Made by a program: the position numbers and the translations under genes
Shown: piece after piece, positions 9,911-19,617 of the stretch
How positions within the stretch are numbered: the first letter of the stretch is position 1
Layout of the letters: every line of letters starts with the position of its first letter
NCBI GenBank assembly: GCA_004524445.1
Contig: SDNP01000002.1
Span: 1-64,000 of the forward strand
Length of the DNA stretch: 64,000 nt
Origin: Candidatus Thorarchaeota archaeon
Lineage (GTDB): Archaea > Asgardarchaeota > Thorarchaeia > Thorarchaeales > Thorarchaeaceae
Reading direction: 5' to 3'
The notes under the pieces: generated by a model
What the model was told of the DNA's origin: nothing
The model's input: the letters and a program-made list of their open reading frames with translations, nothing else
The model's database searches: none

Positions 9911-11110
9911 CTAGAACTCGGGTGGATCCATTCTAGCCCAAGTTGGAATTTCTTCCATTGCAGGGTCATAGCCGTCCAACACATGCCTTGCAAGTATGAG
10001 TCGTTGAATCTCGCTTGTTCCTTCATAAATTTGGTATAATTTTGCATCACGGAACAGCTTCTCCAAGGGGTATTGATCAATATACCCATATCCTCCATGG
10101 ATTTGCACTGCCTCGCTTGCGCACCACATTGCAGCATCGGTGGCATAAGCCTTTGCCACACTAGCCGGTACCGTGGAATCTCCCGAAGTGTCTGCTGCCC
10201 ATGCAGCTTTTAGATACAATAGACGGGACGCTTCAATCTTCATGTACATTTCAGCTAGTTTGAACTGTATGCCTTCGAATTCTCGTAGCTTCTTTGTGAA
10301 TGCCTCTCGTTTCTTTGCGTAATCACGAGCATATTCCATTGTAGCACGTGCCAGTCCCGTGGCAAAAGCAGCAATCGCAGGACGAGTCTGTGCGAACGTT
10401 TGCATTGCAATTAGAAAGCCCATGCCTTCACTTCCCAAGAGGTTCTCCTCAGGGACTTTGGCATCACGAAACATGATTGCGGATGTTGCAGATGCTCTGT
10501 GGCCCATTTTTTGTACTGGCTTGCCCGTCCTGACTCCAGGTGTATCCGCATCTACGATGAACGCGCACAAAGCCTGGTGCCGCTTTGAAGGATCAAGGCT
10601 AGCAAATACAGTATAGTAATCGGCTTGAGGTGCATTAGTGATCCAAAATTTTGACCCGTTCAAGATGTAATGATTCCCTTTCTTTTCTGCGCGCGTTTGA
10701 ATCCCAGCCACATCACTTCCCATGCCTGGTTCAGAACAGGCAAAAGCAGCCAATTTAACCTCCTCCGTTAGCGGTTTCAGGTATTTTTCTTTTTGTTTAT
10801 CTGTTCCAGCTATTATGATAGGTTCTGGCCCCAATGAATTTGCATAGATACTAGTAGTCATACCTGCACATCCAGCAGCCATCTCTTCAACAACAATACA
10901 AGCTTCTGTAATGCCCAGCCCTGGACCGCCATACTCCTCGGGGATTCCAAGATTCATGAGCCCCTCAGACCATGCATTCTTTACGATGGGCCATGGAAAC
11001 TCACCAGTCTTGTCATAATAATGGGCGTAGGGAAGCATCTTTTCTTGCGCAAATTTTCGGGCTTTATTCCTGAGTTCTATCTGTTCTTCAGTCAGTGAAA
11101 AGTCAATCAT
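9911..11110 (-). CDS. Acyl-CoA dehydrogenase
   Basis: IPEEYGG, SEPGMGSDV, LNGSKFWITNA, KMGHR, QIHGGYGY, RDAKLYQIYEGTSEIQR. Confidence 0.96.
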   Translation of the reverse strand: MIDFSLTEEQIELRNKARKFAQEKMLPYAHYYDKTGEFPWPIVKNAWSEGLMNLGIPEEYGGPGLGITEACIVVEEMAAGCAGMTTSIYANSLGPEPIIIAGTDKQKEKYLKPLTEEVKLAAFACSEPGMGSDVAGIQTRAEKKGNHYILNGSKFWITNAPQADYYTVFASLDPSKRHQALCAFIVDADTPGVRTGKPVQKMGHRASATSAIMFRDAKVPEENLLGSEGMGFLIAMQTFAQTRPAIAAFATGLARATMEYARDYAKKREAFTKKLREFEGIQFKLAEMYMKIEASRLLYLKAAWAADTSGDSTVPASVAKAYATDAAMWCASEAVQIHGGYGYIDQYPLEKLFRDAKLYQIYEGTSEIQRLILARHVLDGYDPAMEEIPTWARMDPPEF

Positions 11111-11240
11111 ATTTATACACCTGGAGGGATTAAGCTAATGGGAAAGAATAGCTCTTGCTCTATAAGTTCCTTTTGACCAAGTATTATTTCCTCAAAGATG
11201 TCTAATGAGACTTCTGCGGAAGATTGGTATAATTTGTGCT

Positions 11241-13505
11241 TTAGCTCTTGGCAGTCATTTGACCAACGACTTCGGGCAAGTTCCATTTCAGTTCGAGTTC
11301 TAGTGCCCCATCTTTGGGACCAGGACATCTTCTGACACAGGTCCTACATGCAACACAAAGCCAGAGGTCTACCTCAACAGTACCAAATCCTGGTGCTTCT
11401 TTTTTCAGTTCTATATCAGAACTTGGTTTTTGAGTGGCTAGTGAGCGTACTGAATCATAGAAGACAGCCTTGTTGACCGGTAATTCATCAAGAGCCTCCT
11501 TTGGGAAGTCAAAGAATTCAGATATTTTGAGATGGGGTTTTAGTTCGATTGCATCTTCTGGACAAGAAATCTCGCAGGATTTGCAGCCAAGACACTTGGA
11601 GTGATTCCATTCAACTGTGCCAAAGCCCAGTAGAGGGGCATAGCCCATATTGTCACGATAATCCGCCATGACTGAGGGTACGTCAATATCGACAAGATCT
11701 TCAATAGTCACCTTTGGTCGGGTGCTAGGAATTTTTGCTCGTGTACGATAGGACAATAACAACGCCGACTTAATTTTGTCTTCTATATCATGAAGAAGCT
11801 GAGATTGTGGCTTCTCACCATCGATTTTCACGCCTTCTAATTTATCCCGTGCCTTAGAGAAAGTTTCAAGGGAGTTTACCAATCGGCCAATGCTTTGAGG
11901 GTCAAGATCACTCAGAATTGTTTTCAATTCTGTGCTAGCTGAGGCAAGTTGATTCGCCAACGAGCTTACTAATTGGATTGTTTGTTCTGCGGCATTAAGT
12001 GTTCTGGGAACATCGAAAAGGACGTAGCCATTACGTTCTCCAGTGATGATGAGGAGTTCATCTCGCTTCATACGAAGAAGATGCTGGAGTATTCGATTTT
12101 GGGGCATCTTTGTTTGTTTAGCAAGATCCTCAGTAGTCATAGCTCCCAATTCTCGTATTAGGATGAGAATGGTCCCCCTCTCAAGTTCACTGTCCAGATA
12201 GTTGGACATCATTTTTTCATAGAGTTCGGGGTCCAGTTTTTCACCATAGACATTGAGTCCTGAAACGAGGTTTGGTCCCTTTTCCAAGGTAATCTTTAGG
12301 CGGAATCTAGCAAAGGCTTCAAGTCCCGCAGAAACCAAGAGACGCAAATCTTCAGACGTGTCATCTGTCTGTGCGGCCAGTGAAGCCTCAATTATCTTTC
12401 CAGAGATTGTTTCCAGCTCTTTTATTGAATCTGACAAGAGGGAGGCATCATAATCACCTAGACGATTCAATCGTGCTAGTGTTTCTTCAAGTGATTCCAA
12501 TGAGTCTTCGAGTATGGTTACTCTTTCATCGGACAGGGATTTTAGCGTACTTCTCAATTGCTGTATGCTTCGTTTGAGGATTAGTGTGGTTTCAGGTCGT
12601 TTGTCAATGACCCGAGAAAACACTGGAAAATTATCATCAAGACCTACCATCTCCACTTCTCCTCGACTGATCATGCTAACAATTGCATTCTGAATGTCTT
12701 CAGGAGAAGTTTCAATCAACCGTGATAGTTCAACAACGGTCTTAGATCCAATGTTATTCAGAATGTACATAATCAGAGCTCTTCTGAATTCCATCAGTGT
12801 GTTGCTGCAAACAAGGTCAGCAAAGCGTTCATCCTCAATCCTTCCGTCCTGTTTGGCACGCTTTATCTGAGCTGCGGTTCTCATGAATGAGCCGTATCTT
12901 GTTTTGGGACCAAGTTTTTGAAGTGCTTCCAATGTGGCAATCGGATTAGATTCAACATTATTTCTTATCTCATGAAATTGCTCGACTATTGCTTCAAGTT
13001 CCTTAGTTGCCTCTTCTGCCTCAATCTTGGTCTGTCTCTCCAAGGTGTCTACGTCATTTGAAAGCTGTTCTGCCAATTGAGAGATTCTTACTAGTTCGGA
13101 CTCGATGTCCATATCAATTGTTTCTGTATCATCAGATTTTCGCGGCTCTAGGGCTTCTTTTCTTGCCTTGAGAAGAGTCAATAACTCAGGAACGCCATCA
13201 ATCTTCATTTCTTCAATACTTTGTTCTAAATCGTTGATAGCATCGGAAATGACACCTTTTTCCTTGACTTTCTCAAGGAGCTCTTTTCGCTGAGCTAGGC
13301 TTTCGAAGGTTTTGAAATACGAATTCGGAAAATCAAGAATGGTACCCACTAACGGGTCCAAATTCTGCTTGAGGGTTTCCATCTCCTGTTTTATTCTGCT
13401 AAGAGGAATTGCTTCTTCTTCTCTCAAGCCACCCAAAGAGAGAATCATATCCATCATGCGGCGGCGTTTAGGGGCCATTTCCTTCGTCGGTGAAGGTTTG
13501 CTCAT
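11241..13505 (-). CDS. Large coiled-coil protein with two winged-helix-like repeats and a C-terminal 2x[4Fe-4S] ferredoxin domain, last gene of the hdr cluster
   Basis: CLGCKSCEISCP and CVACRTCVRRCP motifs. wHTH-like segments GSKTVVELSRLIETSPEDIQNAIVSMISRGEV and GAMTTEDLAKQTKMPQNRILQHLLRMKRDELL. Likely ATG 13505 overlaps the upstream TGA (ATGA) with a GGAGGTG SD. Confidence 0.8.
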   Translation of the reverse strand: MSKPSPTKEMAPKRRRMMDMILSLGGLREEEAIPLSRIKQEMETLKQNLDPLVGTILDFPNSYFKTFESLAQRKELLEKVKEKGVISDAINDLEQSIEEMKIDGVPELLTLLKARKEALEPRKSDDTETIDMDIESELVRISQLAEQLSNDVDTLERQTKIEAEEATKELEAIVEQFHEIRNNVESNPIATLEALQKLGPKTRYGSFMRTAAQIKRAKQDGRIEDERFADLVCSNTLMEFRRALIMYILNNIGSKTVVELSRLIETSPEDIQNAIVSMISRGEVEMVGLDDNFPVFSRVIDKRPETTLILKRSIQQLRSTLKSLSDERVTILEDSLESLEETLARLNRLGDYDASLLSDSIKELETISGKIIEASLAAQTDDTSEDLRLLVSAGLEAFARFRLKITLEKGPNLVSGLNVYGEKLDPELYEKMMSNYLDSELERGTILILIRELGAMTTEDLAKQTKMPQNRILQHLLRMKRDELLIITGERNGYVLFDVPRTLNAAEQTIQLVSSLANQLASASTELKTILSDLDPQSIGRLVNSLETFSKARDKLEGVKIDGEKPQSQLLHDIEDKIKSALLLSYRTRAKIPSTRPKVTIEDLVDIDVPSVMADYRDNMGYAPLLGFGTVEWNHSKCLGCKSCEISCPEDAIELKPHLKISEFFDFPKEALDELPVNKAVFYDSVRSLATQKPSSDIELKKEAPGFGTVEVDLWLCVACRTCVRRCPGPKDGALELELKWNLPEVVGQMTAKS

Positions 13506-15664
13506 GGTGCCACCTCCATCCATTTGCCAGCTGTTCCCTTATGCACCGGTGTGGGACCTAATTCATTAGCGCGTTTCGTCATTTCTTGGACAGCCTTTGT
13601 GAATCTGTCTGGTTCAGCACTAAACATCCTGAACATTTCTACTCGTTTACCGTTCCACCCAATTGCATCCAGAATATCACGTGCGACATCAACTTGTACT
13701 TGAGCAATTTCATTGCCAGTTCCACCCATATGACAACGGTCAGTTTCACATGCTGCAATCATGACTGTACTTGCACCGCTCTCGAAAGCTTTCAAGATGT
13801 CAATAATGCTTACTCGCCCAGCACATGGGACTGCAATCAACCGGGTGTTGGGGGAATACTTCATTTTTTGAGTCCCAACAATATCAATGGTTGAAACAGC
13901 ACACTCCTCGCAATAGAAACACAATGTGATAGGATCATCTGAGTTGGCATTCTGAAGTGTAGAACTGATTTGTACCCATAGTTGTTCATTTGTCAGGAAA
14001 TTTAGCTGTGTTGCTGCCGAGGGACAAAGACTCTGACAAACCCCACAGGCATGGCAATTTAATATATCAATTGATGCCTTGAACAGAATTTTGTCGTCTT
14101 CAGCCTCCTCCTCTGCATCAGTCTGCTCAATCATTAGGGGCACTCCCCTAGGACAGTGCTGAGCACATAGACTGCAACCCACACAATCATCAACAACAAG
14201 TACGGCACCACGAGCCACTTTCTCAATAGTGCCTTGCTGTAGTTCCTGATGGATTGCTAATGCCCCAGCCTGAGCGTCTGTAATTGCCTCATTCACAAAT
14301 TGAGGCCTAGTTACAGCACCTACAGCAACTACTCCACGACGACGAGTTTCATTTCGTCTTAATTTGCCATATAGCTCCTTGATGTGCCCTTCCTCTTCTA
14401 ATTCATATCCAAGAAACTCGGAGAGTTGCGATATATTATCCGGTGGTAAAATTGCTGTGGATAATACGACCAAATCTGGATTGGTATGAAAATATTGGTT
14501 AAGTAAAGAGTCATAGAACTTGACGTGGGTTCCTGCATCATCCATCCAAATCTGACTGATTCTTCCACGGATGTAGTCTACACCCATATCCCTTGACTCC
14601 TTGTATATCATTTCGTTTTCAAAAGGAACCCGAATGTCCATGTAGACAATTTTTATTGTGGTATCAGGAACTCTCTTCAGAATTTCTATTGCATTATCTA
14701 TTGCAAAGGTACAACAAAGTTTACTACAATCGCGTTTGTAATCCTCAGACCTGCTTCCAACACATTGAACCATTACAACTTCATTCACAGGTTTGCCATC
14801 AGAGGGGCGAGTTAGGTTGTCTTCATTTAGCATTTGTGACAATTCATATTGTGTTAAGACGTCAGGATTCTTGGAGTACATGTACTCGTCCATCATAGAT
14901 GGCTTGAATTCCTTGAATCCCATTGCCAAGATAATAGCAGAAGTGTCCAAATCGGTTTCTTCACCATCGGAAACGAGATGTACATGAAAGTCGCCCATTT
15001 CTCCTTTTACATACTTTACTCGCGTGTTAAGTCTGATTTCGATGTTAGGGTCTTCCTCGACTGCTTCCATTCTCCCGCTTAGTATCTCTTCACCACTTTT
15101 TCCAGTTGGTGCTACTACAGGCAAGTTCAGTACATGCCCGCCAAGTTTTTCTTGAGCCTCAACTAGAACTACTTTGTAACCAAGATTTGATAGGTTTAAT
15201 GCTGATTCTATGCCAGCAATCCCTCCACCAATGACTGTTACATGTTGTTGAACTTCCTTGTTTTCGGCCTCGAAACTAGTGGAGAGAGAAGATAAAGCAA
15301 GAGCGCCTCGAATCATATCAAGCGTCTTAGTGGTCGCCTGTTCAGGGTCTTCATGGACCCAAGCTGAATGTTCACGTAGATTGACATATTGAATTCTTGA
15401 CGGATCGAGCCCGTGGTTCTGCAAATATTGATCGATTCGTGGTTGGATTTTCTGTTTTGTACAAGCAGCAATAATCAAGCGGCCGTCTTCCTTTTTGACA
15501 AGTTCTGCAATTTGTGCAAGCCCGTCTTCTTGGCAGAGTTGGTCATGAACCATAGTAGCCGACGCGAGTTCCATTTCATCTGTTTTAGCTGAAAGGATAT
15601 CATAATCAAGGGAAAGTTGTTTTCCACAGGTACAGAGGATAACAGGTGTTTTGTTATTGGACAT
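13502..15664 (-). CDS. hdrA: Heterodisulfide reductase subunit A-like flavoprotein fused to MvhD
   Basis: CTCG...LC...AACT...VNLREH N-terminus, IGGGIAG FAD site, QCVGSR...CSKLCC, two CxxCxxCxxxCP, then MvhD CFYCEEC...VPCAGRV...AACETDRCH. Confidence 0.92.
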   Translation of the reverse strand: MSNNKTPVILCTCGKQLSLDYDILSAKTDEMELASATMVHDQLCQEDGLAQIAELVKKEDGRLIIAACTKQKIQPRIDQYLQNHGLDPSRIQYVNLREHSAWVHEDPEQATTKTLDMIRGALALSSLSTSFEAENKEVQQHVTVIGGGIAGIESALNLSNLGYKVVLVEAQEKLGGHVLNLPVVAPTGKSGEEILSGRMEAVEEDPNIEIRLNTRVKYVKGEMGDFHVHLVSDGEETDLDTSAIILAMGFKEFKPSMMDEYMYSKNPDVLTQYELSQMLNEDNLTRPSDGKPVNEVVMVQCVGSRSEDYKRDCSKLCCTFAIDNAIEILKRVPDTTIKIVYMDIRVPFENEMIYKESRDMGVDYIRGRISQIWMDDAGTHVKFYDSLLNQYFHTNPDLVVLSTAILPPDNISQLSEFLGYELEEEGHIKELYGKLRRNETRRRGVVAVGAVTRPQFVNEAITDAQAGALAIHQELQQGTIEKVARGAVLVVDDCVGCSLCAQHCPRGVPLMIEQTDAEEEAEDDKILFKASIDILNCHACGVCQSLCPSAATQLNFLTNEQLWVQISSTLQNANSDDPITLCFYCEECAVSTIDIVGTQKMKYSPNTRLIAVPCAGRVSIIDILKAFESGASTVMIAACETDRCHMGGTGNEIAQVQVDVARDILDAIGWNGKRVEMFRMFSAEPDRFTKAVQEMTKRANELGPTPVHKGTAGKWMEVAP

Positions 15665-15668
15665 CGTT

Positions 15669-16919
15669 TCATTTCCTCCCCTGAAGAATTAGTGATGCAA
15701 CCGCACGTGCCTGAGTTACACTCTCCGGAATCTCAGCGGGGCCTAGAGCTGTTCCACATGCATAGATGCTTTCCCCTACTCTAACCTTGTTTTCAGGCGT
15801 GGACTCATGTGGAGCAAGAAAACCACTGGAAAGACCAAGCTCTAATGATTTGAGAATGTTATGAGGGTCCTCAGACGGCTCTAATGCCGATGAGAGTACG
15901 AAAAGATCAACAGTGAATTTGAGATATTTGTCGAGAAGGGAGTCGTAGACAATTACGTTCAATGTATCTTCATCTAGTGGTTCGACTTGAGTTATACGGC
16001 CCCGAATGAATTCCACTCCTGCCTCTCGAGCGTCGCTATAATAGCGCTCATGTCGGTCATATGTACGGATGTCTATATACACAACAGATACCCGATTCGC
16101 ATCTCTCTCTGTCTTAGCAATGATGGCATGCTTCAAGGCATAAACACAACAAATCTTGGAACAGTATGGATAGTAATTCTCATCACGACTGCCAACACAC
16201 TGCACCATCATTACATTCTTGGCGGGAGCCTTATCTGATGGTCTGAGCAATTGCCCCTTATCCTCTCCCAAAGGGTCCATCACTTGCGCCAATTCAAGCT
16301 GTGTGATAATATTTGGATGAGTTCCATAGCCGTATTCATCTACATTTACAGGTTTCATCTCATGATATCCAGATGCAAAGACAATATCTGAAACCTGAAT
16401 TTCCTCGCGTGTTTCCTCTGAGGCCAAATTAATCGCACCAGTTGGACACTCTTCTTCGGCTTCCTTTGCACCATCGTCCAATTTTGATGGGTCGAATACT
16501 ACAGCTTGCGGTTGGCACTGAGGAGAAGTGAGATAGAATGCCTTTGATTTTTCCATGCAAAGACCGCACATGATGCATTTTTTGTTATCGACATATTTTG
16601 GTTCAGAGGATATTTTTACCAAGAATTCGCCGGATTTGCGAGTTATTTCTTTCACTGTTGATGATATTTTCAAATCAATATTGGGTTGATCGAGCAAGGC
16701 ACTGCGATAGAAGCATTTTCTGATTCCCGTCCGCCAGCGATTACTCTCAAAGCAGTAGAAGCAATCATCTGTAGGGAAGGCTTTGTACAAGTCCAAGGCA
16801 TTACCGCCCACAGATGATTCTTTTTCCACCAACACCACATTTACTCCTGAATCAGCTAACTCTACTGCGGCAGTCATCCCTGCAACACCAGCTCCGATGA
16901 TAAGAACAGGGTCGGACAT
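15669..16919 (-). CDS. hdrA: Second, shorter HdrA-like flavoprotein
   Basis: VLIIGAGVAG, FPTDDC, QCVGSRD...YCSKICC, YIDIRT, FIRGR, GP.EIPESV.QA. Confidence 0.9.
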   Translation of the reverse strand: MSDPVLIIGAGVAGMTAAVELADSGVNVVLVEKESSVGGNALDLYKAFPTDDCFYCFESNRWRTGIRKCFYRSALLDQPNIDLKISSTVKEITRKSGEFLVKISSEPKYVDNKKCIMCGLCMEKSKAFYLTSPQCQPQAVVFDPSKLDDGAKEAEEECPTGAINLASEETREEIQVSDIVFASGYHEMKPVNVDEYGYGTHPNIITQLELAQVMDPLGEDKGQLLRPSDKAPAKNVMMVQCVGSRDENYYPYCSKICCVYALKHAIIAKTERDANRVSVVYIDIRTYDRHERYYSDAREAGVEFIRGRITQVEPLDEDTLNVIVYDSLLDKYLKFTVDLFVLSSALEPSEDPHNILKSLELGLSSGFLAPHESTPENKVRVGESIYACGTALGPAEIPESVTQARAVASLILQGRK

Positions 16920-16932
16920 TAACTAACGCACC

Positions 16933-17799
16933 TCATCCACTCAAATGTTTGAGAATTGGTTCAGCAGGCACCCGATTTAGTTCCAAACCTAGCACTTCCG
17001 CATCCAAGCCCATTGCAAGCCCGAGTATCTGGGGATAATGTAGTATTGGCAAATTGTATTCTTCTCCGTAGGATTCCTTCAGTCCAAGCTGCTGCAAATC
17101 TAGTTGATTTCCACAAGCAGGACATACGACGGTAGCAAAGGAAGCGCCTGCTTCGGTCATCGACTTGAGCTTATCACGAGCCAGTCTAATTGCTAGAGGC
17201 TCATCAACAGGCAAAACAGTAGCGCCACAACACTGTTTCCATATTGGGTATTCAACTACTGTGGCACCTGTCACCGATACAAGCTCGTCTAAGATTTCAC
17301 GATTGAATTCAGTGACATCTGGAGGACGTAGAAGATGGCATCCATAATGAATGGCAATACCTACACCATCCAATGGTCTTGTGATTTTCTTTTTGATTTC
17401 TTCAATTCCAATATCAGTAAAGAGAGCTTCGACAAAGTGACGAGGACGGATACTTCCAGTGAACTCAAGACCCTCCTCTTTCAGTTTGGAGTTGACTTTC
17501 TTCCTATAATCTTCGTCATGTTTCAGAAGATGGTAGACATCTTTTAGCGACCCAAAGCATCCGTTACAGGGGGTAACGATATCATGGCCATCTTTTTCTG
17601 CAATGGCAAGCGTTCGCGCATTTACTGTCGCCCAACCAAGGTAGTCAATGGCACGCAGGTTAGGACTTCCGCAACAAGCTACATCTTCCATGTAATTTAG
17701 TTCCATACCTAGTTCGTTTGCCACACGAAGCATTGATGCCTCATAATTCGGATAATTTGCTGGCACGCTACAACCCATATACAGGCTATACATTGGCAT
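16933..17799 (-). CDS. hdrB: Heterodisulfide reductase subunit B
   Basis: YMGC, CCG, PCNGC, HYGCHLLRP, CCG, CPAC (two CCG domains). Likely ATG at 17799, just after the hdrC stop. Confidence 0.95.
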   Translation of the reverse strand: MPMYSLYMGCSVPANYPNYEASMLRVANELGMELNYMEDVACCGSPNLRAIDYLGWATVNARTLAIAEKDGHDIVTPCNGCFGSLKDVYHLLKHDEDYRKKVNSKLKEEGLEFTGSIRPRHFVEALFTDIGIEEIKKKITRPLDGVGIAIHYGCHLLRPPDVTEFNREILDELVSVTGATVVEYPIWKQCCGATVLPVDEPLAIRLARDKLKSMTEAGASFATVVCPACGNQLDLQQLGLKESYGEEYNLPILHYPQILGLAMGLDAEVLGLELNRVPAEPILKHLSG

Positions 17800-17800
17800 T

Positions 17801-18343
17801 CTAATCATCGCCTCCAACGATTTTACCAGTGCGAGTTTCTTTCAGAATTGATTTTATCTCATCAGTCGAGAGGCCTGGAAGTTCCGGCTCCAAATCAAGA
17901 TCTTCTCGTTCCCAATCCGCTGTTATGACGTAAAGCTGCCCATTGGTCATCAACTCATCCGCAAGGGTAACTATATTCTCTGGTATCATTCTTTGTTCAG
18001 AGGCAAGATTCTTGCAATCAAAAAATATGTCAGTTACGCGAACATTCTGTGGACATCTCTCTTGACATTGAAAACAGGTAAGGCAGAGCCAGATTTCTTT
18101 GGATGAAAGAACCTCTTCCTTCATGCCCAGAATAATCATTCGAATAAGCTGATGCGGTTTGTATTCCCATACGCTTGCTATTGGGCAGGCGGCAGTGCAG
18201 GTGGAACATGCAAAACAAGCAGATAGCTCTTTTCCATGGGGCATGCTCTTTATTTCATCTCGAAATGAAGATTCGAGGTCCGATATCTCTATAGGCTCTA
18301 TAATAATAGCAGATTTGTCAGCTTTTTCTTCCGTTCCGGACAT
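17801..18343 (-). CDS. hdrC: Heterodisulfide reductase subunit C
   Basis: CFACSTCTAACP and IWLCLTCFQCQERCP; first gene of the hdrCBA cluster. Confidence 0.94.
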   Translation of the reverse strand: MSGTEEKADKSAIIIEPIEISDLESSFRDEIKSMPHGKELSACFACSTCTAACPIASVWEYKPHQLIRMIILGMKEEVLSSKEIWLCLTCFQCQERCPQNVRVTDIFFDCKNLASEQRMIPENIVTLADELMTNGQLYVITADWEREDLDLEPELPGLSTDEIKSILKETRTGKIVGGDD

Positions 18344-18449
18344 TGAAGGACCACCATTCTAGACCTGTCTATTGGGTAGACGATTCAGCGAAATTGTACA
18401 CAGTATTAAAAGTTTGTAGGAACGGTAGATATTATCATAGGAAACGAGG

Positions 18450-18710
18450 CTAATCCCGAGATTGAATTACCTCGTGAGGAGGACCGCGTTCATAAATTAG
18501 TTTCATTATTCCAAGAATGAACAGAATGGTTGACACTTCGTAAGCTACCAAATATGATATGGGCTGCATATTGAGAGGATAGAAGAAGACACCGACGAAT
18601 GCTAAAGCGATGCATATGATGGTAGTGATAATCAATAACCAATAACGGTCAGCAGGCATAGATTCAGCTGTGGAGGGGGTGCCTTTAGACATTTCTCTTT
18701 TCATCCTCAA
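18450..18710 (-). CDS. Small membrane protein (two predicted TM helices)
   Basis: Hydrophobic stretches WLLIITTIICIALAFVGVFFY and ISYLVAYEVSTILFILGIMKLIY; overlaps the upstream ORF; start uncertain. Confidence 0.65.
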   Translation of the reverse strand: MRMKREMSKGTPSTAESMPADRYWLLIITTIICIALAFVGVFFYPLNMQPISYLVAYEVSTILFILGIMKLIYERGPPHEVIQSRD

Positions 18711-18984
18711 ATCCTTTCAGGACCATCCTTAATTGTTTCTCTAGGTTACGAAGGCCTTCAATCACTTCCTCACGCACTGACTGACTTAATCTAAGCAAAT
18801 ATGATTTGATTTCTTTTGGATTACCACCAATGCCCTCAAGTGTCGTACTCTGTCCGCTCAGCAGTTTCATAGAGGTTGTAGTTGCAACCATGAGCTTCTC
18901 AAACTGGGCTTCGGAGTGTGCTATTTGCTTTTCAAGTGATACAAGCGTTGAACGAATTTCGCTGCTAAGGGATTCATCGTCCAT
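18685..18984 (-). CDS. Hypothetical helical/coiled-coil protein
   Basis: 99-aa amphipathic ORF whose ATG directly abuts the GINS15 stop. Confidence 0.7.
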   Translation of the reverse strand: MDDESLSSEIRSTLVSLEKQIAHSEAQFEKLMVATTTSMKLLSGQSTTLEGIGGNPKEIKSYLLRLSQSVREEVIEGLRNLEKQLRMVLKGFEDEKRNV

Positions 18985-19617
18985 TTATTCACCCTCTTTT
19001 CTCTCTTCAGGAACAATACGGCTGACTGTGCCATTTCGAAGCCAGACTTTGGCGTTGTGAATAGGAATCATTGCTACGTCCTCCTTGTCAAAAGGGCCAT
19101 AAATTTGCTCGTCCATTCCCACAAAGGCCTCTTCAATCGGCTGGAGAAAACGAACCATCACATAATCTAGCTGACGGGTATCATCGTCATCTGTAGCTTC
19201 TTCAGTTGCAGATGTATCAGAATTTGATAGTTTTACTGTTGCAGAGGGGCTGCCAGTAATCGTATTCTCTACGAATTCATCGTGTCCTGAAAACGCTCGA
19301 AATACTCGATTATAGAACTCTTCCTCCGAGATTGTCATATCTCCTGATGGCTCTTCCTGCATTACTGCAGCTTGCAAAATTTTGTTCCTACGAAGGATGA
19401 GCAGGTCTCTCAACATAAATTCCAAATTGATGGCTTCTTGTTCATATATCTCCGCCTGAATATCTTCATTTGCATGAGTTTCAGCAAATCTTAGTCGTAT
19501 ATTTGAAAGACATTCAATCATTTTTGAGAGCTGCAAATCCTCAAGATCACCTAGAGCCTCATCTTGTTTCTCTGATTCCCAGAATTTGCTGATGTCGTCG
19601 TATTGGTACTCACTCAA
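18985..19617 (-). CDS. GINS15 (Gins51) subunit
   Basis: Helical A domain (LRRNKI..., MT.SEEEFY) followed by B domain VRFL...FVGMD...YGPF..EDVA.IP..NA; in the conserved PCNA-priS-gins order. Confidence 0.88.
   Translation of the reverse strand: MSEYQYDDISKFWESEKQDEALGDLEDLQLSKMIECLSNIRLRFAETHANEDIQAEIYEQEAINLEFMLRDLLILRRNKILQAAVMQEEPSGDMTISEEEFYNRVFRAFSGHDEFVENTITGSPSATVKLSNSDTSATEEATDDDDTRQLDYVMVRFLQPIEEAFVGMDEQIYGPFDKEDVAMIPIHNAKVWLRNGTVSRIVPEERKEGE

Noticed and set aside
11241-18343. Selenocysteine (in-frame TGA) in HdrA/MvhD, known from some Asgard archaea and methanococci
   Set aside because: The ORFs are uninterrupted and the relevant motifs are encoded with Cys; no read-through is needed.
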